A DNA stretch of 64,000 bases from Spirochaetia bacterium (GTDB lineage Bacteria > Spirochaetota > Spirochaetia > UBA9216): the NCBI GenBank assembly GCA_965140585.1, contig OZ223267.1, positions 32,001-96,000 of the forward strand. The letters are read 5' to 3'. The notes under the pieces are model-generated. The model was not told where the DNA came from. It saw nothing but the letters and a program-made list of their open reading frames with translations, and did not search any database. The first letter of the stretch is position 1. Each line of letters opens with the position of its first letter. Of the stretch, positions 19,301 through 26,745 are shown one piece after another. A program made the translations under genes and the position numbers.

Positions 19301-20687
19301 TAAGGGCTGTATCACCAAGGCCGCTGGTTCTTACATCAAAAGAGTAAAGTCCGGATACGACATCAGCTGTTCCGGAAAGACCTGTGCCTACTATATTCCA
19401 GCTTATTTTTTGAACCTTTTCAGTCTTGCCTGAAACCGAAATAGAATCGGTGAAGGTGGTTCCGTTTCCGGGACTTGTTATATCAAAGAGGATGCTGTTT
19501 TTTGATGTGTATAAAGTTAGATAATCACTGCTGATATTATTATTAAAATCTTCTGCTGTGAACTGAAGCAATACTGAAGGGGACAATGAGAAATTGCCTG
19601 ATAAACGGTTAAGCGGAAAATTAAAAAAACCTTCATCAGTAAAGTCGATGGTAAATATTTCAGATGTGTTGAGACAGGTCATTTTAAAAGTTTTAACTTC
19701 ATTAAAAGATGAAGATTCGGCAGAATCCTTTATTCTTCCGCTGATTATGACGTCCCTGCTGAATTCAGTCTGGTCCGGGGTTAAAAATTCTATATAGGGA
19801 CCTCTGTTGTCATCTACCAGTACAAGAAGATCTTCAGCCAGTATTTTATCATCTATGTAAGCTGCTACCCTGCAAACTTGTGTTCCTTCAATATTTGTAA
19901 GATCAATAACAGCTTTAAAACTATCCTGCCCGGTTCTCTCAAGTTCTCCTGCTAATTCAGTTTCAGGAATATTCCAGTTTAACTCTGCACCTGAAGGTAT
20001 GCCTGAGAGACTTCCTGTAATATTTAGTTCAGAGCGGTAATAAAAGGGTGTCGCAGGTGTTGTTATGCTTATGTCGGCTGTTTTACCAAGTATAACCGCT
20101 TTGTCTACAGCAGGTTCTTCAGTGGGTATCAACTCAGGCCGGTTCACAGCCTCAGCGCTCTGTAAGTCAGGAGGGGGGGGAGCAGGGAGGGGCGGTTCAA
20201 CCGCTTCTTCAGCTATATTTGAAACCGACAGCTTTGGAAGCTCCTCAGTTATCTGAATCTCAGCTTCTTTTTTGTCAGGTACAGGCTCAGTCTGTTCAAT
20301 TTGAGCAGGTGACTCAGCTTCCGGTTCGATTTCAACAGGAACAGGCTTGTCGGTTTCAATTGATACCGGCGGAATTATCGGATCCTGTTCCTCGGTTACG
20401 GTGTCAGGGTTTACAGGATTACTTTCAATAACTTTTTCAGCTGTTTCCTTTTCTGGAAGAGATAACGCAAGTGATTCAGGTTCTGCTTTCGGAGCTGCTG
20501 TATCAGTTGAGCTGTCCTGAATCTCGGGCTGCCTTTGTGGCTCAGAATGCTGTATGCCGGTAACAGTTTTCTGTACTGCGGTATCTTGGGTCTTCTTAGT
20601 ACAGCCTGCAAAATTAAATATCAGAAATCCTGTCAGGAGAAGGATGAGGATTTTTTTTAATTTCCACTTTTTTACCTTATGCTTCAT
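16323..20687 (-). CDS. Large surface lipoprotein: Pro/Glu-rich stalk, about 5 Ig-like repeats, FN3 domains, LVIVD beta-propeller repeats
   Basis: FAGC lipobox; PEIQ/PVPVE/PPPP linker; 'P.I.I..P..G..[FY]....I.G...[AG]EDFNGN' repeats; 'ISLSWNSIPGSDSFDVYRS' FN3; many 'YAYVA.GDSGL.I.DVS' LVIVD blades. Confidence 0.85.
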   Translation of the reverse strand: MKHKVKKWKLKKILILLLTGFLIFNFAGCTKKTQDTAVQKTVTGIQHSEPQRQPEIQDSSTDTAAPKAEPESLALSLPEKETAEKVIESNPVNPDTVTEEQDPIIPPVSIETDKPVPVEIEPEAESPAQIEQTEPVPDKKEAEIQITEELPKLSVSNIAEEAVEPPLPAPPPPDLQSAEAVNRPELIPTEEPAVDKAVILGKTADISITTPATPFYYRSELNITGSLSGIPSGAELNWNIPETELAGELERTGQDSFKAVIDLTNIEGTQVCRVAAYIDDKILAEDLLVLVDDNRGPYIEFLTPDQTEFSRDVIISGRIKDSAESSSFNEVKTFKMTCLNTSEIFTIDFTDEGFFNFPLNRLSGNFSLSPSVLLQFTAEDFNNNISSDYLTLYTSKNSILFDITSPGNGTTFTDSISVSGKTEKVQKISWNIVGTGLSGTADVVSGLYSFDVRTSGLGDTALIKLSAESGTEISERFLKIYNSLSGPLINIQQPVQGGFYKSGIHVKGILSAPQNSISGIESVKALNWNIPGNTGMTGSVFFDENGGFEFEIPIRKYNGLLPLEIFGEDFNGNTGRKIFILSDGNIPPDINISSPSDNTKFGAAINIAGTVKDPYIGTSLEGIQFLNYELTSIENYSEQAITGTLQINDNGTFAGYIPAYSLNGKYQLKLDTESMNGNSTSKIINIERGDTGIGGLSLKYSGNRITASWDSINEATSYTFYLSDDRSDPDNPGSVKLTSSDAQIVLSGIQPGLLYRAKVTADTPYGNLKSDIAEILPIEANTIKLNASGEFRQISLSWNSIPGSDSFDVYRSESTDGDYVLISQVINDLKYTDRNVNFGIEYFYRISPSGYPEPGSKSSSATILKAPEERVKSLDTLTSFKPNSISISGNYAYVAAGDSGLRIVDISDVSNMSVTGSLELKSAENLIVSGDYVYVACRENGIAVVNILDPVSPFLAGTKLTGNALDLAVDRNTLYVADGDSGLKIMDVSDARFPDRIASLSDSGSYALYMSGNQLFSADTNALNVFDRSDSRNLQNIKTYPIGGIRDLEIIDTRLYTVSSDEGFIITDITDITNPFRLSSFKLNSPLAVSVKDNFAYIADGNSGLKIINVSNPVKPVIFDSYTSEPAVDLKPAGDNLVVAGSNGLTAIQTYLKGVSFSTGKDSFPGKVSSIHLSRTNALVSAKDGGLYLLDISSPSVQEHQSIKIADYGGPAVILDNSIYFSSGIEELAVLKTDGSNLSLNNTINTMPLSVSPTSPILKLSASQNTAIASCGTAGVYFFTGEELIGHISTTDARDCTVIRKTPQTTTAYIADRRDGLLVYDVTDFENIGLYTAKELNSPKFVSISGNTLYTGDKSGIHIFDIEIEQKPEEVGFIKTNYAEDIFVSNETLYIAEGYKGLSVYDTSNPATPVILSVCDTVYAADIEVYGDFALIADITGINYVKIFIPSWMQKKSR
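20173..20180. repeat. G8 homopolymer (C8 on the coding strand) in the stalk of the 1454-aa lipoprotein
   Basis: ...CCT GCT CCC CCC CCT CCT... encoding PAPPPP; currently in frame. Confidence 0.85.
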
Positions 20688-20702
20688 TAAATATTATCCA
20701 TA

Positions 20703-23700
20703 TCAGGGAATCGTCCAGATAAGTGTGAATGATTCGGTTGTACTGTTACTGTGAATATCATCTGCAGTAAAATAGACTGTATATGTACCTGAAGTTGTCA
20801 ATTCAATATCATCGGAAGCCCCGGTAGCTGCATTAACAAGCGTCAGTGTTGTTCCGGAAAGTGTTCCCATAAGATTCGGGGTTGCCGCTGTATCATAAAC
20901 ATTCCACTCATAACTCGAAGTATCAACACCGGAAATTGTGTCGGTTACCTCATTGGTTATGGTGTAAATATAGGTTGCAGAGCCTCCGGTAGGTGGACAG
21001 GAAGTCAGGTCTATAACGGGGTTAGTGTTATCATAGTCATAATAAACGTTAAAAAGCTCTTCGGCAGGATTTCCTGCGGCGTCAGTAACAGTAAGGGTTA
21101 CACTGTAAATACCTGCACCGTCAGTGAGATCTGCTACATGAAGGCTAAAAGTTGCATCTGTATCGTATGCGGCATCCGAATAAGCTGTAGGCCCTGTGAT
21201 GCTCCAGTTATAAGTCAGTGAGTCTGATCCGTTTGTTTCATCAGAAGCAGATGAATCAAGATTATTGTTGCCTGTAATATAGTAATCGTCAATTGCAGTA
21301 ATTGTAGGTGCATTAGGATCCCATTTGAATGTGTCAGATACGATTTTTGGATTCCCTGCATCATCGGTTACGGTTAATTCAGCGGTATAGGTCCCTGAGT
21401 TAGGCAGTACTGTGGCTGAAATATATAGATCTTCAGACTGCAGAAGGCTTGCCGCTCCGGTAAAACTTCCGGGGCCTGTCAGGTTCCAGGAGTAGGTTAG
21501 GCTGGAATCAAGGCTGTCTGATGCAGTCGCATCTATGGTAAAATCTGTATTGTACCAGGCGGTTCCTAATTCCGTAATACTGGCTGTTGGTAAACTTGTA
21601 TCTATATCAAAGTCAAAGCTTGAAGAACCGGAGTTGCCAAGCTGATCCTCAACGGTGGCGGTTACTGTGTAGCTGCCGTCAGTTGAGAAATTCGTATCAT
21701 TAAGAGTTATCGTTGTCCCGGTAGTCGTATAAACTTCAGTACTGGTGCCGGATGCTACAACTGACCATGTGTAAGTGCCTGTATTAACACCTGAGCCGGC
21801 GTCAGTTCCTGTTGCTGTAACGGTAACATCACTGCTTACCGCATTTATCCAGCCGGAAGGCTCGCCTGAGAATGATACAGTCGGATCTGCTGTATCCCAT
21901 ACAAAGTTAAAACTTGGGTTCTCTGAATTACCGGCTCCGTCTGTAACTGTCATTGTTGCTGTATAAGTGTTGTCGGAGGCTCCTGTTATATTTACATTCA
22001 GCGCTGTGTCGTCTGCCATAGTGGCACCGGAAGGAGTAATAGCCCACAAAACGGTATATCCATTATCATCTGCGGCAGTTGCCGTTGTCTGGGTGAAAGC
22101 CGCCTCCTTTGACGAGGAGCCTGAGTAGCTGCTACCTGCATTGTAGGAGTCAACGACGGTATCCTTTTCGAGGGTGGCAACCTCGCTGTCAGGTCCAAAG
22201 TTTCCTGCCGAGTCTGATATTTTTGCAACAAAGCTCCGATCTCCATCTGCACCGGCCAAAGGTATTGCAGCAGAAAAGGTAAGCGGAGTGGGATTAACAC
22301 TGCTGTTATATGTTGTCTGTACCAGCTGAGTTCCTGTATCAGAATCTGAACCAAGATACAGTCTTATCACATCACCATCAATAGCACCGCTGGTTGATGC
22401 ATCAACAGTCATTGTAACAGAACCCGACATATCGGAAGCATTGATGTATATTGGATAGCTGCCGGTTTTTACCGGTGCAGCAGGTGTTCCTGTAGGAGCG
22501 GAGTTATCATAGTAAAGATTCGTTGTTATTATATCTGAGCTTGAGGGGTTTCCGGCTGCATCTGTTAATTCAATCTCAATAGTAAGCTGGCTTTGATCTG
22601 TGAGATCGTCATCCTGCATTACATAATCTGCTTCCCACCTGCTGTTAGATTCAGAGTAAACAATATCTGAGGATGGTATTTCAAAACTTCCGCCGGTTGA
22701 GCCTGAAACTGTAATAACTGGTTTACCATTAAGAACACGGTCGACAGTGAAGTAGATTTTAAGAGTATCGTATTCAGGTGATCCTGTAGCTCTGAGCCAT
22801 GTTGAAGCTCCGGATACATCATTCGATGAAGAAGGAGTTGAAGCTTGAAGTGTATAGATATCTGAGGCAGTGAAGGGGCTGTAGAAATACAGTCCGCTGT
22901 CGGTTTCAGTTTTTGTATTTCCGGCATTATCCGAGATTGTAATCTCATAATCAATGGAATTGCCTGCATCAGCAGAAGCCGGGACGGTGTCGAAATCAAA
23001 TGTAGCTGTATAAGTTGATCCGGATGCATTAAGAGTTTTGGGATACTGGTTGTAAATTTTTAGATTTTCAATTTGATTGAATCCTGAATTATCATCATTA
23101 ACTGTGAAGACCAACGTTGCTGTGTCATTGGGATTGAGATAATTTCCATTAGAGCCGGTGAAGCCGGTAACTGAAACAGTCGGTTCCACGCTGTCGTTTA
23201 TCAGTGTGACATATTTTGTATTTATGGTATCACCTTGATCATCTGTAATAAGCAGTGTCGCATTTAAATTTACGTTAAACGCGGTCATTGAGGTGGTATT
23301 CAGAGTGAATGTAAAATTATCATCACCATCCAGGGCAAAGTCGGTAATTGTATAATCCGATGGCGGGGTCACCCCGACTACTTTGGATGAAAATGTAAGT
23401 ACAGCCGATGAAATTTCGGTATCTACAACGTCTCCGTCATTAGGATCAAGAAGTGAACCAGTGAAAGGTATATCTATTACATTATCAGAATAATACGGGC
23501 TGACACTATCGAATGAAAGTAGCATGAGATTTGACGGCGGAGTAAGGAGCTGCTGCTCTTCCGTAATATGTCCGTACTTATCTTCCGCAGTGACCTTAAA
23601 GTATGCACCATCCCCTATATCGATCGATGTAACGGTACTGAACTGACGTAACTCCGGATCAAAAAAGAAGCTCTCTGCCGGATCAAGTTTATTGGGGTGC

Positions 23701-24443
23701 GAATAAACTCCCTGGTCTGCATCCCAATCCTCAGTTGTTTCTCTCAGGTCCAGTGTTCCGCTTAAGCTTGTACCAACAACGCTCCAGGTCAGCTCAACTA
23801 TTTCATCAGCAGAATCGGTATCTTCTTCTGAATCTGAATCCGAAACCCAACCGGCTATGTAAACTTCATTACCGGATAATGAATAAAGTTTTGAAGCTGA
23901 AGAATAATCATCATGTGATTCAGCATAAAATCCGAAGTTAATGACCGGTCCGTCATTTTCAACAAGTGAAAGTTCCGATTTTATTGAATTACCATTTTTA
24001 TCTTCTGCTGTGATTGTAAGTGTGATTCTGTCACGTAAATACGGATCTGTAGTAGGAAACTCAAAGGAGAACTCTTTTGAGCTGAGATCATATGCAATAT
24101 TAATATCCCCGAAGGTTGTGTCTGCTGTAAATGAATCATCGGCATTGAAATTTATTTTACCCCGCCTAGTCTCATCATTTGCGATAGTGAAATATATGCT
24201 TGATAAACTTCCTGCTTCATCTCCCTCATCCATGACGTCATCATAAATTATTCCCCTGACTGTAACGGTAGAATAGAAGTAATCGCCACCTAAAGGAGAT
24301 TCTATGACGATTTTAGGTTCCATGGTGTCTTCTGCAAGAGCAACCTTTATAGGGGTTATGTCCTGTGGGCAGGAGGTTAAAAGCAATACAGCAGCTGATG
24401 CTGTTGTGAATAATATTTTTTTCAACGTGGTTCTTTGTTTCAT
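20703..24443 (-). CDS. Large surface lipoprotein with about 11 Ig-like (Big/PKD-like) repeats
   Basis: LLTSC lipobox after the ATG at 24443; recurring 'T.TD.AGN', 'YTW', 'W/YD...P' motifs; Thr/Ser/Asp-rich. Confidence 0.85.
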   Translation of the reverse strand: MKQRTTLKKILFTTASAAVLLLTSCPQDITPIKVALAEDTMEPKIVIESPLGGDYFYSTVTVRGIIYDDVMDEGDEAGSLSSIYFTIANDETRRGKINFNADDSFTADTTFGDINIAYDLSSKEFSFEFPTTDPYLRDRITLTITAEDKNGNSIKSELSLVENDGPVINFGFYAESHDDYSSASKLYSLSGNEVYIAGWVSDSDSEEDTDSADEIVELTWSVVGTSLSGTLDLRETTEDWDADQGVYSHPNKLDPAESFFFDPELRQFSTVTSIDIGDGAYFKVTAEDKYGHITEEQQLLTPPSNLMLLSFDSVSPYYSDNVIDIPFTGSLLDPNDGDVVDTEISSAVLTFSSKVVGVTPPSDYTITDFALDGDDNFTFTLNTTSMTAFNVNLNATLLITDDQGDTINTKYVTLINDSVEPTVSVTGFTGSNGNYLNPNDTATLVFTVNDDNSGFNQIENLKIYNQYPKTLNASGSTYTATFDFDTVPASADAGNSIDYEITISDNAGNTKTETDSGLYFYSPFTASDIYTLQASTPSSSNDVSGASTWLRATGSPEYDTLKIYFTVDRVLNGKPVITVSGSTGGSFEIPSSDIVYSESNSRWEADYVMQDDDLTDQSQLTIEIELTDAAGNPSSSDIITTNLYYDNSAPTGTPAAPVKTGSYPIYINASDMSGSVTMTVDASTSGAIDGDVIRLYLGSDSDTGTQLVQTTYNSSVNPTPLTFSAAIPLAGADGDRSFVAKISDSAGNFGPDSEVATLEKDTVVDSYNAGSSYSGSSSKEAAFTQTTATAADDNGYTVLWAITPSGATMADDTALNVNITGASDNTYTATMTVTDGAGNSENPSFNFVWDTADPTVSFSGEPSGWINAVSSDVTVTATGTDAGSGVNTGTYTWSVVASGTSTEVYTTTGTTITLNDTNFSTDGSYTVTATVEDQLGNSGSSSFDFDIDTSLPTASITELGTAWYNTDFTIDATASDSLDSSLTYSWNLTGPGSFTGAASLLQSEDLYISATVLPNSGTYTAELTVTDDAGNPKIVSDTFKWDPNAPTITAIDDYYITGNNNLDSSASDETNGSDSLTYNWSITGPTAYSDAAYDTDATFSLHVADLTDGAGIYSVTLTVTDAAGNPAEELFNVYYDYDNTNPVIDLTSCPPTGGSATYIYTITNEVTDTISGVDTSSYEWNVYDTAATPNLMGTLSGTTLTLVNAATGASDDIELTTSGTYTVYFTADDIHSNSTTESFTLIWTIP

Positions 24444-24462
24444 ATCAGTAACCTGTAAATTC

Positions 24463-26652
24463 CTATTCCTCTGCAAAGGATATATTTATTCTTGAGGACC
24501 TGTCTGCGGCCCTCTGACCCTCACCACCTGTTGTGAGATAGGAATTCTCTCCGGCAATTTGAGGATCCACTTCGTATAGTTTTGTAATATAATCATTTGC
24601 TTTATCAAAATTTTCAAGTTCATAATAACATTTGGAAATAGAAAGAAGTATATATGAATAGGAGGATGAGCTCTCCTTATTACCTTCTATTACTGTTTTT
24701 TCGGCACCATGCAGAAGCCGTAATGCATTCTGATATTCACCCTTCATGTAGTATACGTTGCCTAGGTTAATTCTGGGAGAAAGGTAGTTTCGATCAAGCG
24801 AAAGGGCTGAATTAAAGGCCTGTTCAGCCTTGCTGTATTGCCCCATCATGGCACAGGTTATACCAAGTTTATTGTAACTGCCCTTACTACCACGTGCTAT
24901 TGCATCGTTTTCGAAGTCTTCTATAATCAGATTTACTATTTTATCAAGATTTCCGCTGAAATCACTGACTATCTTTGTCCTGTCACCGTACTGCAGACCG
25001 AGGTCTTTTTCAGTAAGAACTACCGGTCTGTAAACTTCCTGTGATTTTCTGGAGATATACAGCTGGCGTTTAGATGGATCATCATCGTATGCAGTGAATT
25101 CCTCAATTCCTGTTCTCCAGGCAGAGAGAAAATCGGTTTCACCAATAAGTGTAATTTCAACCGGAACCCAGAGTTCTCCGTCAATGTTGATTGTCATATT
25201 CTTATCCGGGTGAAGCAGATTGTAATTCTTTGATGGAACAGATGTTTTAAAAGCTGCATAGATATGTCCCGGAACAGTTATAAACCCTGTTTCAATACCG
25301 ACAGATTCAAGAAGGCTGCAGAACAGTACTGTAAGGTCGTCACAGTCTCCGGTAGCCCGTGTAAGAGTGTTTCTGGGCAGACTGATTGCGTCTACAATCA
25401 TCGGATTTCCCTGAGCTGATTCAAAGGGTGATGTAGGGTCTTTTTGATATAGTACACCGAGTTCTTCAAGGGCGTAATACAGCTGCATTGCAGTCTGGAG
25501 CTCCTGAGAAAAACCATCAATCGTATAGTCCTTGCAGGTTTGTCGTACAAAACTTGAATAGTTTCGCAGTGCACTGTCTGCAGGTGTTATGAAAGCTCCT
25601 ACCTTATTGTCGTCATCCCAGGTAAGTGATTCCTTGTCGTATAAATCATAGGATACAGGAAATGACTGCTTGGCCGGCCGGCCGTTATAACTGTATGAAA
25701 TCTGAATTTCACCGGTAAGGGGAGTAATTCCTTCAGTTGAAAAGATCTGTGTATTAAAAATGGCAGGTATATCAACGGTGACTGCTTCTGCAGGTTTCAG
25801 TTCATCAACTTTTGCAGCCAAAGTAGGACTGTCCATAAATCCGGCCTGAAAGAATGCTACTGAGATATTGCTCACCTTCTGTTTTTCAATATTTTCAATT
25901 GTAACAGAGGTTAGCGGGTTTTTGGCATAGTAGCTCTGCATCGGCGCAAAGACGGCCGGAAACTCGAGTTTATCAATTTTCAAACTTCTGATTTCAGCCT
26001 GCGGGGCATCAGGATCCTCACCGAGTCTATATGAACCGCTGATCCCAAGTCCGTAAGTGAAGCCGTCGAATGAATCAAGAGTATTATTCAGGCTTAAAGT
26101 ATATCTGAGCATTGGGTTGAAATTGATATTTATATTATAAGAAAGATTAAAACCGACTCTTATTCCGGCTTCTGTTATAAAATTTTTCTGCCCTACGTTT
26201 TCAGAGCTCTGTCCGCTTGGATCGGTGTTATAATAAACCTGTACTATTCCGGTGCTGATATCAGCACCTATTTCAAGCTGTTTCGACAGCATGTTTCGGT
26301 AGGCTGCTCCAGCTTCTATATACAGCTGTCTGCTGTCAAAGCGGTCTTCATTTGTAAGTATATCATCCCCGTAGCCGAAGATTCCAACGCCTATTTTGCC
26401 GAATGGCTGCACCGTAGGGAATGCAGGAAGCGGATAAAAAGCTGAGAAGCTGAAATCATTAAAAAGGTAACTGTCTCCGTAATCTGTTCCCAGCTGTACA
26501 ACCGGACTGAAGGATTTATAGTCCAGTCCGAATGCGAACGGGTATTTATATTTCTTGTTAATATCAACATTATTCCCGACCTGGGCATGTCCGGATTGCG
26601 GTACCGATAGTACTAAACCCGCGATCAGGAACAGAGATTGGACGATTTTCAT
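24463..26652 (-). CDS. Outer-membrane beta-barrel + Ig-like + transglutaminase-like + TPR protein (paralog B)
   Basis: Signal peptide (GHA-Q); barrel strands ending 'FTYGLGISGSYRLG'; TGDCDDL (GDCDD at 25336-25350), TVPGHIY, WVPVEIT; TPRs; SD GGAGG. Confidence 0.8.
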   Translation of the reverse strand: MKIVQSLFLIAGLVLSVPQSGHAQVGNNVDINKKYKYPFAFGLDYKSFSPVVQLGTDYGDSYLFNDFSFSAFYPLPAFPTVQPFGKIGVGIFGYGDDILTNEDRFDSRQLYIEAGAAYRNMLSKQLEIGADISTGIVQVYYNTDPSGQSSENVGQKNFITEAGIRVGFNLSYNININFNPMLRYTLSLNNTLDSFDGFTYGLGISGSYRLGEDPDAPQAEIRSLKIDKLEFPAVFAPMQSYYAKNPLTSVTIENIEKQKVSNISVAFFQAGFMDSPTLAAKVDELKPAEAVTVDIPAIFNTQIFSTEGITPLTGEIQISYSYNGRPAKQSFPVSYDLYDKESLTWDDDNKVGAFITPADSALRNYSSFVRQTCKDYTIDGFSQELQTAMQLYYALEELGVLYQKDPTSPFESAQGNPMIVDAISLPRNTLTRATGDCDDLTVLFCSLLESVGIETGFITVPGHIYAAFKTSVPSKNYNLLHPDKNMTINIDGELWVPVEITLIGETDFLSAWRTGIEEFTAYDDDPSKRQLYISRKSQEVYRPVVLTEKDLGLQYGDRTKIVSDFSGNLDKIVNLIIEDFENDAIARGSKGSYNKLGITCAMMGQYSKAEQAFNSALSLDRNYLSPRINLGNVYYMKGEYQNALRLLHGAEKTVIEGNKESSSSYSYILLSISKCYYELENFDKANDYITKLYEVDPQIAGENSYLTTGGEGQRAADRSSRINISFAEE

Positions 26653-26679
26653 GAAAAAGCCTCCGGGTATCTATACAAA

Positions 26680-26708
26680 ATGATATCACGGAGTATAAAT
26701 ATTTTAAA
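26680..26708 (-). promoter_or_regulatory. sigma70-like promoter for the transglutaminase-B/lipoprotein operon
   Basis: TTTAAA-N17-TATCAT with extended TG. Confidence 0.45.
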
Positions 26709-26745
26709 GCGATCTATTGTAAACTATACTTGTAATGATTAAAAA

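Noticed and set aside
20703-24443. Possible CRISPR or nucleotide tandem array in the repetitive lipoprotein genes
   Set aside because: Repeats are visible only at the protein level; no identical direct repeats with spacers and no cas genes.
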